Below, in pieces: positions 35,207 to 44,950 of a DNA stretch of 64,000 bases. Origin of the DNA: Polyangiales bacterium (GTDB taxonomy: Bacteria > Myxococcota_A > Polyangia > Polyangiales > JADJQN01); contig CAXNJO010000001.1 of the NCBI GenBank assembly GCA_964202905.1, forward strand, positions 256,001 through 320,000, given 5' to 3'. The notes under the pieces were generated by a model. It made no database searches, was not told the DNA's origin, and saw only the letters and a list, made by a program, of their open reading frames with translations. Every line of letters begins with the position of its first letter. The first letter of the stretch is position 1. Position numbers and translations under genes: made by a program.

Positions 35207-36754
35207 ATGCTGGAGCGCGCGGCGCTTCACCAGACGCGCTTTCGGACACCAGGGGTCGGACCCGACGCGCGCGGCGTCGTGCTCGGCGAGAAGGGGCTCG
35301 TGCTCTTCGCGTCGCTCGACCGCGCCGTCGCGTTCTTGCGTGCGTACGGCGACGAGGGCTCGCTCGACGAGCTGCTCCCGGGGCTGACGCTCCGCCGCGT
35401 GATCACGCCGCTCCGCACGCGCGAGCTGCTGCTCGGCGTGCAGGCCGAGTCGTCGTACCGCATGGACCGCGTCGCGGGGATCGCGCGGCTCACGGGCGGG
35501 CTCGTCTTCACGGGCACCGCGCGCCACTTCGTGAAGTACCGCGACGCCGCGTCGCCGCTCGGCTACGACCTCGAAGCGCTCGCGACGACGCCCGCGGACG
35601 TGCTGCTCTACCACGACACCTTTCAGCAGGCGTACACGGTCGAGCGCGACCTCGACCTCCGCGCGCTGCTGCTCCAGCTCTCGCTCGAGCCCGACGTCGG
35701 CGCGGCGCAGCGCAGCCCAGCGCGCCTCCACGCGACGGCCGAGACGGGCGTCGGCCACGCGCTCGTGCGCTACCTCTACCGCTCGCACGTGGAGGCGCGT
35801 GTCGCGCTCGCGGAGTGGCCGGGCGCGAGCGCGTTCGACGACGGGCCGCGGCGCCTGCACCTCTTCGAGCTCACGGGGGCGCCGCCGCGCATCGTCGCGC
35901 TGATGCGTGCGCTGCCGGGCGTGCGCGTGTTCGAGCCGATCGTCGAGGGCGTCGCCGTCGAGCTGGGGTACCGACACCCCATCGCGCTCGAGGCCTGCCC
36001 GAGCCTCTTCCGCGGTGGGGGGCTCACGCTCTTCCGCGCGGGCGCGCCGCCCGAGGAGCTCGCCACGCTGCCGCCGTTCGCGCCGGTGCGCGCGCTGGTG
36101 CGCACCGCGCTCGACCTCGGCGACGCCGCGCCGATCGCCCCCCGCGCGCGCACCGCCGAGCCGCCCGAGCCGCTCACGCTCCCGCTGCGGCTCCGCCCCT
36201 CGAGCGAGCCCTGGCGCCGCGTGCGCGCGGCGGTCGTCCCGCTCGCACAGCGCGCGTGGCTCGCCCGCATGCTCTACGTGCTGCCCCCGCGCACGCTCGC
36301 GGCGCTGCGCCTCGCGCTCACCGAGGACGCCGCGTACCTCGTCGATCCCGCCGGCATCGAGGGCGTGCCGATCGGCGTGTTCTACGCGGAGCGCGCGCCC
36401 GGCGTGTTCATCCCCGCGGGCATGGCGCTCGAGCCGGCCGTCGGCGGCGACGTGCTCGCGGAGCTCGCGCGCAAGCAGGGCGAGGGGCTCGTGTTCTTCG
36501 AGCCGGGGCGCGAGACACCGACCTTCCTGCCCGCTGCGTCGCTCGGGCCCGTGACGCGCCGCGCGCTCGGCGTGCTCGCGGCCGAGCCGCTCGTCGCCGC
36601 GCCGCCGGAGTACGACGAGCCCGCCCTGCCGCGCCTCGAGTACGGCGACGCGCCGCGCTTTCCGCTGCGGCACCTGCCGCCCGATGCGCGCCGCGTCGAG
36701 GCCGACCCGACACACGACGACGACGCGGACACCGACGACGGGGGCGCACCGTGA
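35207..36754 (+). CDS. Hypothetical protein, first gene of the MoxR-vWA operon
   Basis: 515-aa ORF with typical codon usage; TG-c-TAGCTT 6 nt before ATG; stop overlaps the next start (GTGA). Confidence 0.75.
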   Translation: MLERAALHQTRFRTPGVGPDARGVVLGEKGLVLFASLDRAVAFLRAYGDEGSLDELLPGLTLRRVITPLRTRELLLGVQAESSYRMDRVAGIARLTGGLVFTGTARHFVKYRDAASPLGYDLEALATTPADVLLYHDTFQQAYTVERDLDLRALLLQLSLEPDVGAAQRSPARLHATAETGVGHALVRYLYRSHVEARVALAEWPGASAFDDGPRRLHLFELTGAPPRIVALMRALPGVRVFEPIVEGVAVELGYRHPIALEACPSLFRGGGLTLFRAGAPPEELATLPPFAPVRALVRTALDLGDAAPIAPRARTAEPPEPLTLPLRLRPSSEPWRRVRAAVVPLAQRAWLARMLYVLPPRTLAALRLALTEDAAYLVDPAGIEGVPIGVFYAERAPGVFIPAGMALEPAVGGDVLAELARKQGEGLVFFEPGRETPTFLPAASLGPVTRRALGVLAAEPLVAAPPEYDEPALPRLEYGDAPRFPLRHLPPDARRVEADPTHDDDADTDDGGAP

Positions 36755-37908
36755 GCGACGCGCTCCGCGCGCAGCAGCAGGTCGACGCCTTCCTGCGCGG
36801 CTTCCTGCGCCCGCTGCTCGAGGGCGGACGCGTGCAGCCGGGGCGCGCGCTCGGCCCCGCGCGCCTCGAGGTCGCCGCGCTCTCCGCGAGCAGCGACGCG
36901 GAGGTCGATCACGCCGTGCTCGCGGCCCTCCACGCGGCCGCCTCCGAGCACGTCCCGACGCGCGCGGTGCGCTGGCCCGATCGCGGCGCCCTCGCGCTCG
37001 CGCTCGCCGCGCACGACCTCGCGCTGCTCAGCGACCCACGCCTCGATCGCGCCTTCGCCCGTGGCGCGCGCGCGACGCTCGCGGGCTTCGTCCGCACGCT
37101 CATCGAGCGCGCGGGCCCGGCCGCGACGCGCGGCGACGCGCTCCTCCGCCACGCGATCGTCGGGCGCGTGCTGCGCCTCGAGCGCACCGACACGACGGTG
37201 CGCAACTGGTCGTATACACACCGCTTTCAGGGCATCCCCGTGCCGCCGCGCTTCACCGCCTGGCGCGCGCTGCGGCGCGTCGAGACGACCCACGCGCAGC
37301 GCACGCTCGCGGCCGCGCTCGCCGAACTCCCGCCCGCGCTCGGCGCGCCCGCGCTCCTCGACGCGCTCGTCGCGGCCTCACCGCTCACGCGCGCGCTCCA
37401 CGCCGCGCCCGAGTCGTTCCGCGTCGACGAGGCGCTCGCGCCGACGCTCCTCGACGCGCCCCTGCGCGGCGCGATCGCGCGCGCGCTGCTCGACGCGGAC
37501 CCAGCGCGCGCCGGCGAGTGCGTCGGTGCCGCGCTGCGCGCGCACGCCGCGACGCTGCCGGACGGCGCCGCGCCCGCGCTGGTGCGTGCCGCGCTGCTGC
37601 TCACCTTCGAGGTGCAGGCGACGTCGCTGCTCGACCGCGGCGCGCCGCTCCCGCTCTCGACCCCGCGCTCGGTCGCGGCCGTCGCCGCCTTCGCCGCGCT
37701 CGTCGGCTCGGCGGACGGCGCCGCGTTCGTCGGCGTCACCCACCTCGGTGCGGGCGACGCGCGTGTCCTCCGCGAGGCCGCGATCGACGCGCGGCACCGC
37801 GTCGGTGAGAGCGCCTTCCACGCCGCGCTCGCGCTCGTGCGCGTCGCCATTCCTGCTTCGACTTCGAGCCTCCTCGATCTCTCCCTCGCCCCGGAGTCCA
37901 CCCCGTGA
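36751..37908 (+). CDS. Hypothetical helical protein, second gene of the MoxR-vWA operon
   Basis: 385-aa C-terminal part of the long ORF 34405-37908; GTGA overlaps at both ends. Confidence 0.7.
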   Translation: MSDALRAQQQVDAFLRGFLRPLLEGGRVQPGRALGPARLEVAALSASSDAEVDHAVLAALHAAASEHVPTRAVRWPDRGALALALAAHDLALLSDPRLDRAFARGARATLAGFVRTLIERAGPAATRGDALLRHAIVGRVLRLERTDTTVRNWSYTHRFQGIPVPPRFTAWRALRRVETTHAQRTLAAALAELPPALGAPALLDALVAASPLTRALHAAPESFRVDEALAPTLLDAPLRGAIARALLDADPARAGECVGAALRAHAATLPDGAAPALVRAALLLTFEVQATSLLDRGAPLPLSTPRSVAAVAAFAALVGSADGAAFVGVTHLGAGDARVLREAAIDARHRVGESAFHAALALVRVAIPASTSSLLDLSLAPESTP

Positions 37909-39074
37909 GCCACCCGAACGACGTCGTCCTCCGCCTCCAGCGCGTCGCGCGCACGCTCGACGATCACTTCCTCGGCAAGAGCGAGGTCGTGCGGCTCATG
38001 CTCGTCGCGGTGCTCGCGGGCGAGCACATGCTGCTCATCGGCCCGCCCGGCACCGCGAAGAGCGCGCTCGTGCGGATGTTCGCGAAGCTCGTCGACGCGC
38101 GCTACTTCGAGTACCTGCTCACGCGTTTCACGGAGCCCAACGAGCTCTTCGGGCCGATCGACATCACCGCCTTCCGCGAGGGCACGTACCGGCGGCGCAT
38201 GGAGGGCATGCTGCCCGAGGCCGAGATCGTGTTTCTCGACGAGGTCTTCAAGGCGAACAGCGCGATCCTCAACTCGCTGCTCGGCGTGCTCAACGAGCGC
38301 GTCTACACCTCGGGCGGCACCGTGCACCGCGTGCCGCTGCTGAGCGCGTTCGGTGCGTCGAACGAGGTGCCGAACGACGAAGACCTGATGGCGGTGTTCG
38401 ACCGCTTCCTGCTCCGCGTGCACTCGGACAACCTCGACAGCTACCACTTCCACGACCTGCTCCTGCGCGGCATCCGCAACGAGGCGCTGCGCCTCACCGG
38501 CGAGCGCGACCGCATGGAGCCGCAGCTCTCGAGCGCGGCGCTGCACGGCGTGCACGCGCAGTTCGCCGAGCGCATGCGCTTCGGCGAGGAGTTCCTCGCG
38601 CAATACAAGGGGCTCATCTTCCAGATCCGCGCGGAGGGCGTCTCCGTCTCCGATCGCCGCGCGGTGAAGCTGCTCAAGCTCTTCGCCGCGAGCGCGCTGC
38701 TCGATGGGCGGGCGCAGCCCGACGCGAGCGATTTCTTCGTGCTCAAGCACACGTGGAACAACCTCGATCAGGCCGAGATCCTCGACGGAATCGTGGGTCC
38801 CGTGCTCCAGGGGCACTACCGCGAGCACCCCGAGCAGCGGCGCTTCGGCGCGGCCGACGTCGGCATGGACGCGCTCCTCGAGGAGCTCGCGCGGATCCGC
38901 GAGCTGCTCACCGCCGAGCGGCCGCTCTCCGATTTGCAGCTCTTCAGCCAGCTGAAGGCGCTCAACGAGCTGAAGGCCGCGTTGCAGGCGATCGGGACGC
39001 GCCCCGCGCAGGAGGCGAGCGCGCGCGTCGACCAGCTCCTCGGGCACGTCTTCCAGAGCGGGAAGTTCTCGTGA
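37905..39074 (+). CDS. MoxR/RavA-family AAA+ ATPase
   Basis: Walker A GPPGTAKS, YLLTRFTEPNELFGP, Walker B VFLDEVFKANSAILNSLL, GASNE, FDRF, VSDRR. Confidence 0.92.
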   Translation: MSHPNDVVLRLQRVARTLDDHFLGKSEVVRLMLVAVLAGEHMLLIGPPGTAKSALVRMFAKLVDARYFEYLLTRFTEPNELFGPIDITAFREGTYRRRMEGMLPEAEIVFLDEVFKANSAILNSLLGVLNERVYTSGGTVHRVPLLSAFGASNEVPNDEDLMAVFDRFLLRVHSDNLDSYHFHDLLLRGIRNEALRLTGERDRMEPQLSSAALHGVHAQFAERMRFGEEFLAQYKGLIFQIRAEGVSVSDRRAVKLLKLFAASALLDGRAQPDASDFFVLKHTWNNLDQAEILDGIVGPVLQGHYREHPEQRRFGAADVGMDALLEELARIRELLTAERPLSDLQLFSQLKALNELKAALQAIGTRPAQEASARVDQLLGHVFQSGKFS

Positions 39075-39102
39075 GCGCACGCCGCGCGGGGCCGCGCTAG
39101 CC

Positions 39103-40590
39103 GTGCCGCTCGGGCCCGCGCAGGCCGCGACGCCGGTCGGCCGCGAGCTCGGCTCGCTCGCGCTCTCGTGCGTGCAGGTCACCGAGCCGATGGCGTTGCT
39201 GCGCGCGGCGCAGTGGCGCAACGCGCTCGCGAAGGTGGGGCTCGGCGTGCCGCTCTTCGCGGTGCACGATCTCGGCCTGCTCGCCGTGGTCGACCCGCGG
39301 GCCGCGCCGATCGGGGTGCGCCCCTTCGTCGCGCGCGCGGCGGGCAGCCTCGGCCGCGCCGCGCCGCAGCTCGCGCTCTGGGCCGAGACGCTGAAGGAGA
39401 TCGCCGCGAGCGAGGTGATGGAGCGCGCGCGGCAGTGGCGGCTCGCGGACGACCTGCTCGCGGTGCTGCTGCTGCGCGTGCTCGGGCCGGTGTGGGAGCG
39501 GCACCTCGGCCCGGGCCGCCGCACGCCCGCCCCGGCGCTCCCGCTCGATCCCGACGTCTACCGCGACCTCGGGCCGGAGTTGCCCACGCTCTTCGATGCC
39601 GGGGGTCTGACGCGCCCGCCCGCGCTCGAGTTCCTCGACCACCTCGTGCGCGAGCGGCTGCGCCTCGTCACCGCGGTCGAGCAGGTCGACCTCGACACGC
39701 TGCGGCTGCTCGGGATGTTCGGCGCCGAGGCGGGCGCGATGAGCGCGCTCTCGATGCTCGACCTCCTCCAGGTGTTCGAGAGCGCGCAGGCGAACGACGT
39801 CGTGAACTTCTCGCTCGACCTGCTGCCGAGCGTGCTCGAGACGCGGCGCGCCGGGGGCCGGCAGACCTTCAGCGTCGACGGCTACGCGGGCGTCGAGCGG
39901 CGCGGCACGCTCGACTCGCTGGTCCTCTCCGAGCTCGCCTTCGACCCCGATCTCTTCGACCGCCGCTTCGCCGAGAACGAGGTTTTCTACTATGCGCGCG
40001 AGAAGCCCCACGATCGACAGCGCCGGCTGCACTACCTCTGCGTCGACGCGAGCGCCTCGATGCGCGGGCAGCGCGCGACCTTCGCGCGCGGGCTCGCGCT
40101 GACCCTCGCGAAGAAGCTGCTGCTGCGCGGCGAGGACGTGCGCCTGCGCTTCTTCGACGCGCGCCTCTACGACACGCAGCACGCGCGGCCCGGTCGTGCG
40201 GGCGACGCCGGCCTCAGCGTGCCCTACATCCTCTGCTTCAAGGGCGAGCGGGGCCGCAACTACGCGCGCGTCTTCTCGCTCCTCGCCGACGACCTGCAAC
40301 GACTCGCGCGCCGCGAGCAGCGCAGCCCCGTGGTCTATCTCTTCACGCACGCCGAGTGCCACGTGCCGGTCGAGACCGTGGCGCGCCTGCGGGACGCCGC
40401 GCAGCTCTACGGCGTCTTCCTGCTGCCGAGCGCGGGCGCCCTCCAGCTCGAGTACCTCCCGCTGCTGCACACCGTGCAGGTCGTGGACGAGCACGCGCTC
40501 TTCGACCGCGACGCGCGCAACCGCCGCGCCCTCGACATCCTCGAGGACGCAGCGGGGGACCGCGCAGCACCGCGAGCGCCCGCGCGCTGA
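39103..40590 (+). CDS. vWA-domain partner of the MoxR ATPase
   Basis: DGYAGVERRGTLDSLVLSELA...FYYARE precedes a MIDAS-like LCVDASASMRG; LRFFD; VYLFTH. Confidence 0.8.
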   Translation: MPLGPAQAATPVGRELGSLALSCVQVTEPMALLRAAQWRNALAKVGLGVPLFAVHDLGLLAVVDPRAAPIGVRPFVARAAGSLGRAAPQLALWAETLKEIAASEVMERARQWRLADDLLAVLLLRVLGPVWERHLGPGRRTPAPALPLDPDVYRDLGPELPTLFDAGGLTRPPALEFLDHLVRERLRLVTAVEQVDLDTLRLLGMFGAEAGAMSALSMLDLLQVFESAQANDVVNFSLDLLPSVLETRRAGGRQTFSVDGYAGVERRGTLDSLVLSELAFDPDLFDRRFAENEVFYYAREKPHDRQRRLHYLCVDASASMRGQRATFARGLALTLAKKLLLRGEDVRLRFFDARLYDTQHARPGRAGDAGLSVPYILCFKGERGRNYARVFSLLADDLQRLARREQRSPVVYLFTHAECHVPVETVARLRDAAQLYGVFLLPSAGALQLEYLPLLHTVQVVDEHALFDRDARNRRALDILEDAAGDRAAPRAPAR

Positions 40591-40655
40591 ATCGCCATTC
40601 AGCGGCGGCGCACACGACGCACCGCGCGCTGAATCGCCCTTCAGCGGCGGCGACG
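40581..40655. repeat. ~42-bp tandem duplication, each copy carrying gcTGAATCGCC(A/C)TTCAgc, between convergent stops
   Basis: cgcgcgctgaatcgccattcagcggcggcg and cgcgcgctgaatcgcccttcagcggcggcg; the first copy holds the vWA stop and the second holds the DUF2330 stop. Confidence 0.7.
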
Positions 40656-42323
40656 ACGCGCGACGACGGCGGCGAGCACGACGCCGAGCGCCGCGAGCGC
40701 ACCGCCCGCACCACCCGCGCGCGACGACGCGCTGCACAGCCCGCCCCCGCCCGCGGAGACGGCCTGCCGCGCACGCTCGGAGGCCGTCGCGCGGAGCGTG
40801 TCGATCGGCGTCCACGGCGCGAAGATGCCCGCGCCGCGGTCCGCGCAGTACGCGTCGTCGTCCCCCGGGTACACGACGCCCTCGCGCGCGCGCACCTCGC
40901 GGCCCGTCGGCAGCACGAGCCGCTGCGGCGCCGCGAACCAGAAGTACTCGGGCGCGCACTCGGTGATGAGGCGCGCGGTGTGGACGTTGGAGACCGCACG
41001 CGCCGCGTCGGACGGGTAGAAGACGGGATCCTCGGTCATCTCCGCGGCGCTCATCGTCGTGTAGAGCCGCGTGAGCGTCGGGTGGCGCTCGAGGATCGCC
41101 TGCGCGTTGCGGCGCGGCGCGAGGATCGCGGCGTCGAGCGCGGCGACGAAGTCCGCGGGACGGAAGGCGAGGCCGGCGAGGTAGCCCTCGTAGCTGGTGC
41201 ACCAGCCCTGCACGAGGCAGTTGTAGAAGTCCGTCGACTCCTCCGGCGTCGGCGGCGGCAGGTAGCGCTGCAGCAGCGCGAGCAACTGCGAGTCTCCTGC
41301 GAAGCCGCGGTCGCGGAGCGCCTGCACGAACGTGCGCGCGTCGGTCACGGTCGCGAGGTCGGAGAGGTCGCGAAGCTCGAGCGTGAGGGTCGGGGTGCTG
41401 CCGAGGTAGTCGGTCACGAAGGCGCGGCCGCCGGCGTCGTCGACGGCGTTCGTCACGATGCTCTCGTAGCTGCGCGTGCCGAGGAAGAGCCCGGGCTCGT
41501 CGTCGACGTCCGGCGTGAGCATCGTGTAGTTCGTCGAGCGCATCCCCTGCGACGCGAGGAAGTACGCGCGGATCGGCATGTCATCGACGGCGGCGATCCG
41601 CGTGAGGCGGATGGGGATGCAGGGCTCGCCGTTCGTGTAGCGCAGGACGATCGGCTGGATCTCGCCGACCGCGCGGTCCTTCTGCAGACGCAGCGCGACG
41701 AAGTAGCTCCCGGTCGCGATGTACGCGTCGATCTCGGGGCGGGCGCTCTCGGGGATCTGGTAGTCGTACTCGTTCAGCCAGTCGTAGAGCGCGTTGACGT
41801 CGGTCGCGGTGAGCACGGCCGCGTCGTAGGGACCGACGTTGCCGCGGAAGACGACGTCGACCCCGCCGTCGGGCGCAGCCGCGGCGCCCGCATCGGTGAA
41901 GCCCCCGGCGAAGGGCGGCCCGCCGCGATCGGAGTCGTAGTAGTCGTAACAGGAGGGCTCCGACCGACAGGTGCCGGTCGTCTCGGATCTCGTGAAGAAC
42001 ACCGGACGCGTCGCCTGGTCGAGCGCGCGGAAGAGCGCGTCCGTCCCCACGGAGAGCGCAGGCGCGCTCGGCGTCGGCAGGATCCACGCGAACTGCTCGG
42101 CCGCGCCCTGGTAGAGGATCTGGACGTGCGCCTCGATCGCGCCGTCCTCTTCGACGGAGAACACGATGTTCTCGCCGGACTGGTCGATCGGCTGGTTGCT
42201 GCAGAAGAAGCCGCCGCACGCGGACGCGGGCGCAGGCAGCGCGAGCCCGCCGAGCGCCGCGGCGCCGAGCGCGAGCCCGCCGAGGGAAGTGAGCGACGCG
42301 GCGAGGGGATGGTGGCGTGTCAT
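40641..42323 (-). CDS. DUF2330 domain surface protein with MYXO-CTERM
   Basis: ASACGGFFCS..PIDQSGENIVF, FAWILPTP, VGPYD, FVALRL, IPIRL; C-terminal GGGGLCSAS...ALGVVLAAVVARRRRR. Confidence 0.85.
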   Translation of the reverse strand: MTRHHPLAASLTSLGGLALGAAALGGLALPAPASACGGFFCSNQPIDQSGENIVFSVEEDGAIEAHVQILYQGAAEQFAWILPTPSAPALSVGTDALFRALDQATRPVFFTRSETTGTCRSEPSCYDYYDSDRGGPPFAGGFTDAGAAAAPDGGVDVVFRGNVGPYDAAVLTATDVNALYDWLNEYDYQIPESARPEIDAYIATGSYFVALRLQKDRAVGEIQPIVLRYTNGEPCIPIRLTRIAAVDDMPIRAYFLASQGMRSTNYTMLTPDVDDEPGLFLGTRSYESIVTNAVDDAGGRAFVTDYLGSTPTLTLELRDLSDLATVTDARTFVQALRDRGFAGDSQLLALLQRYLPPPTPEESTDFYNCLVQGWCTSYEGYLAGLAFRPADFVAALDAAILAPRRNAQAILERHPTLTRLYTTMSAAEMTEDPVFYPSDAARAVSNVHTARLITECAPEYFWFAAPQRLVLPTGREVRAREGVVYPGDDDAYCADRGAGIFAPWTPIDTLRATASERARQAVSAGGGGLCSASSRAGGAGGALAALGVVLAAVVARRRRR

Positions 42324-42343
42324 GGGACCTCGGTCGTTGGAAC

Positions 42344-42359
42344 AGCAACGATCGTGCCG
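42344..42359 (-). promoter_or_regulatory. Sigma-54 (-24/-12) promoter of the DUF2330 gene
   Basis: Minus strand CGGCACG-ATCG-TTGCT fits the consensus YGGCACG-N4-TTGCW; followed by GAGG RBS and ATG 42323. Confidence 0.7.
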
Positions 42360-42514
42360 TTCGGCGAAATGCGCAGACAGTCGCGGTTCGACGCGTGTGC
42401 GCGGCGAAGATGCCACGCGCGGGGCGGCCGGCGCGCACGGGCGACGTCCGGGTTGTGCCGGATTGCGCCGCCGCGCTTGTGGCATCCCGCGCACCGCGGC
42501 AGGCTCGGACGGCG

Positions 42515-44347
42515 ATGGCGGTCATCAACAAGCGCGAGATCATGCGCCAGGCGCAACGGGCGCTCGACACCGGCCGGCCCCGCGAGGCGGTCGCCGACCT
42601 CTGGTCGCTGCTCGACCGCGCGCACGTCCCCGAGGAGGAGGCGCGCGCCGCCCTGCGCCTGCTGCAGCAGGCCTACGTCGCGCTCGACCGCGGGCGGGCG
42701 GCGGCGACGGTCGCGCTCCACCTCGGCGATCCGGACACGGCGCTGCGGCTCGCGCAGGGATCCCAACTCGAGCTCGCGCGCGTGCAGGCCTACCGCGGCA
42801 AGCACCGCGAGGCGGCCCGCGCCTTCGAGGCGGCCGGCTGGCTCGGACACGCCGCGATCCAGCTCGAGGACGCAGGCGACGACCGCGGCGCACGCGTCCT
42901 CTGGGAGCGCCTCGCCGACACCCCGCGGCTCCGCGAGGACCTCTACGCGCAGGCGCTCGTGCGCTTCAACCTCGGGCGCGCGTGCGGGCGACTCGGCGAC
43001 GCAGACGCCGCCCGCAAGGCGACCGTGCAGAGCCTGCAGCTGCTCGAGGCCGCGGCGGACGACTTCGAGCAGCGCGGCCTGCGCGAGCGCGCGTTCGACT
43101 GCTACCAGGTGCTCGTCTCGGTGGGGCGCGCGGGCTCTTTCGAGAACCTCGCGGAGGGCTACCTCAACTGCATCCGCATCCTCCGCGACGATCACCTGAA
43201 GTACTACGTCCTCCAGTATTACGAGGATTTCCAGCGGCTCGCGCTCGACCGGCGCGAGCTGGTCGCGGCCGCGACGCTCTTCCGCGAGGCGGCCGACTTC
43301 GCGCGGCGGAGCGGCCTGCCCTTCGCGCGTTACTACACGCAGCGCGCCGCCGAGACGCACCTCGCCGCCGCGCAGCACGGCGCGAGCGCGGGCGCGCCGC
43401 CCGAGTTGATCGAGAACGCGTACACCGCCGCGATCGAGGCGTGGAGCGAGCTCGGCGCGTGGACGCACGTCCGCACGACCTACGGCCACCTCGCGACGCT
43501 CGCGCTGCCCGAGAAACGTCGCGCCCGCTACACGCGGCTCTTCGAGCGGCTCCGCGACGTGGCCGATGAGGTGGGCCCGCGCGCGACGATGCCGAGCCAC
43601 CTCAAGATGGACACCGCCTACCCCGAGGTCTGGCGGCTCGACGTCGTCGAGTGGGAACAGGACGGCGACCCCGCCGAGACGATGGGCGAGGTGCTCTTCG
43701 ACGCGAAATACCCGGATTTCACCCGGCGCCGCGCGCTGCTCTGCCGGCTCTTTCAGCTCGGGGACGACGCCGCGCGGCCCGATCCCGACCACCTCGCGGG
43801 CCTCGCCGCGCTGCTCGGACGCACCGAGACCTACGCGGCGCTCGCGCCGCTGGAGCGGCTCTACCGTCACGCGGACGGCCGTGTGCGCGCGGCCTGCCTG
43901 CGCGCGACGCGACAGCTCTATTTCAAGCGCTCGTTCGTGCTCGTGCAGCTCGGGCTGCGCGACCCGGACAGCCGCGTGCGCGCCGAGGCACTCGTGGCGG
44001 TCGGGCAACTCCACTTCGGGCACGCGCTCGACCCGCTCGCGCGGATCTACCGCGAGGCGACCGACCCGGAGGTGCGCCTCGCGGCGCTCACGTCGATCGG
44101 CCGCGTGCCGGGTGTCGAGGCGCTCGAGCTGCTGATTGACGCATTGCGTCATGGCCTGCCGGAGGAGCGCGCCGTCGCGCGCGACGTGCTGACGCGGAGC
44201 GACCACGCGGACGCCGGCGCGCTGCTCGAGGCGGCGGAGGCGAGCGAACAAGGCGCGGCGCGCGCGTGGCTCGGCGAGGTCCGACGCGCCCGGGCCGACG
44301 CGGGGCGCGGGCCGTCCGAGCGCGACGCGAAGCCCCTGGGGCCGTGA
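42515..44347 (+). CDS. TPR/SNAP-like + HEAT repeat cytoplasmic protein
   Basis: 610 aa, all-helical; C-terminal HEAT repeats (DGRVRAACL, DSRVRAEAL, DPEVRLAALTSIG). Confidence 0.75.
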   Translation: MAVINKREIMRQAQRALDTGRPREAVADLWSLLDRAHVPEEEARAALRLLQQAYVALDRGRAAATVALHLGDPDTALRLAQGSQLELARVQAYRGKHREAARAFEAAGWLGHAAIQLEDAGDDRGARVLWERLADTPRLREDLYAQALVRFNLGRACGRLGDADAARKATVQSLQLLEAAADDFEQRGLRERAFDCYQVLVSVGRAGSFENLAEGYLNCIRILRDDHLKYYVLQYYEDFQRLALDRRELVAAATLFREAADFARRSGLPFARYYTQRAAETHLAAAQHGASAGAPPELIENAYTAAIEAWSELGAWTHVRTTYGHLATLALPEKRRARYTRLFERLRDVADEVGPRATMPSHLKMDTAYPEVWRLDVVEWEQDGDPAETMGEVLFDAKYPDFTRRRALLCRLFQLGDDAARPDPDHLAGLAALLGRTETYAALAPLERLYRHADGRVRAACLRATRQLYFKRSFVLVQLGLRDPDSRVRAEALVAVGQLHFGHALDPLARIYREATDPEVRLAALTSIGRVPGVEALELLIDALRHGLPEERAVARDVLTRSDHADAGALLEAAEASEQGAARAWLGEVRRARADAGRGPSERDAKPLGP

Positions 44348-44381
44348 GCGCACGGGGGCACGCGGAGGCGACGTGCCCGGG

Positions 44382-44897
44382 TTACTCGGCCTGTTGGCGC
44401 TCGCGCTCCTCGCGCTCGACGACGATGCGCACCTCGGCCTCGGTGAGGGCGCGCGCGGGCGCAGGCGGGAGCTCGTAGAGGTCGACCTGCACGCGGCCCT
44501 CCCCCGCGGGCACGATGGTCACGTCGATGTGCACGATGGCCCCCGTCGCGTCGCGCGGCACCGCGTCGCGGAAGGTGGCGCCCTGCCCGTTCGGGGTCAC
44601 GACGCCCGTGCGGAGCCGGGGCCCGAAGTAGCGCTGCACCTTCTCGATCGGCACCGTCGTCTCGTAGACGTGCCGCCGCCCGAGCGAGAGCTTCTCCTCG
44701 AGACCGCGCGGCAGGCGCAGGCCGGCGACGACCGCGTCGCCTTCGCGCAGTTCGCCCTGCGCGTCGTAGATGCTCGCGCGCTCGGGGCCGCTCTCGGGCG
44801 CCGCGACAGACGTCGCCGGCGCCTCGAACACGGGTTCCCCCGCGGGCTCCGACGCACCGCAGGCCGAGAGCCAGACGACCGCGCTCGCGGCCTGCAA
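44382..44897 (-). CDS. Hypothetical lipoprotein downstream of pilY1 (start uncertain)
   Basis: Lipobox-like WLSA-C; compact domain GLRLPRGL...KVQRYFGPRL. Confidence 0.55.
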   Translation of the reverse strand: MQAASAVVWLSACGASEPAGEPVFEAPATSVAAPESGPERASIYDAQGELREGDAVVAGLRLPRGLEEKLSLGRRHVYETTVPIEKVQRYFGPRLRTGVVTPNGQGATFRDAVPRDATGAIVHIDVTIVPAGEGRVQVDLYELPPAPARALTEAEVRIVVEREERERQQAE

Positions 44898-44950
44898 GGC
44901 GCCGCGCGCCCGCCCGACGGCGAGCCGCGGCGCCCCCCGACGCGCAGCGC

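Noticed and set aside
39071..39100. GTGA-coupled start for the vWA gene
   Set aside because: That frame stops at TAG after 9 codons. GTG 39103 is used unless reads reveal an indel.
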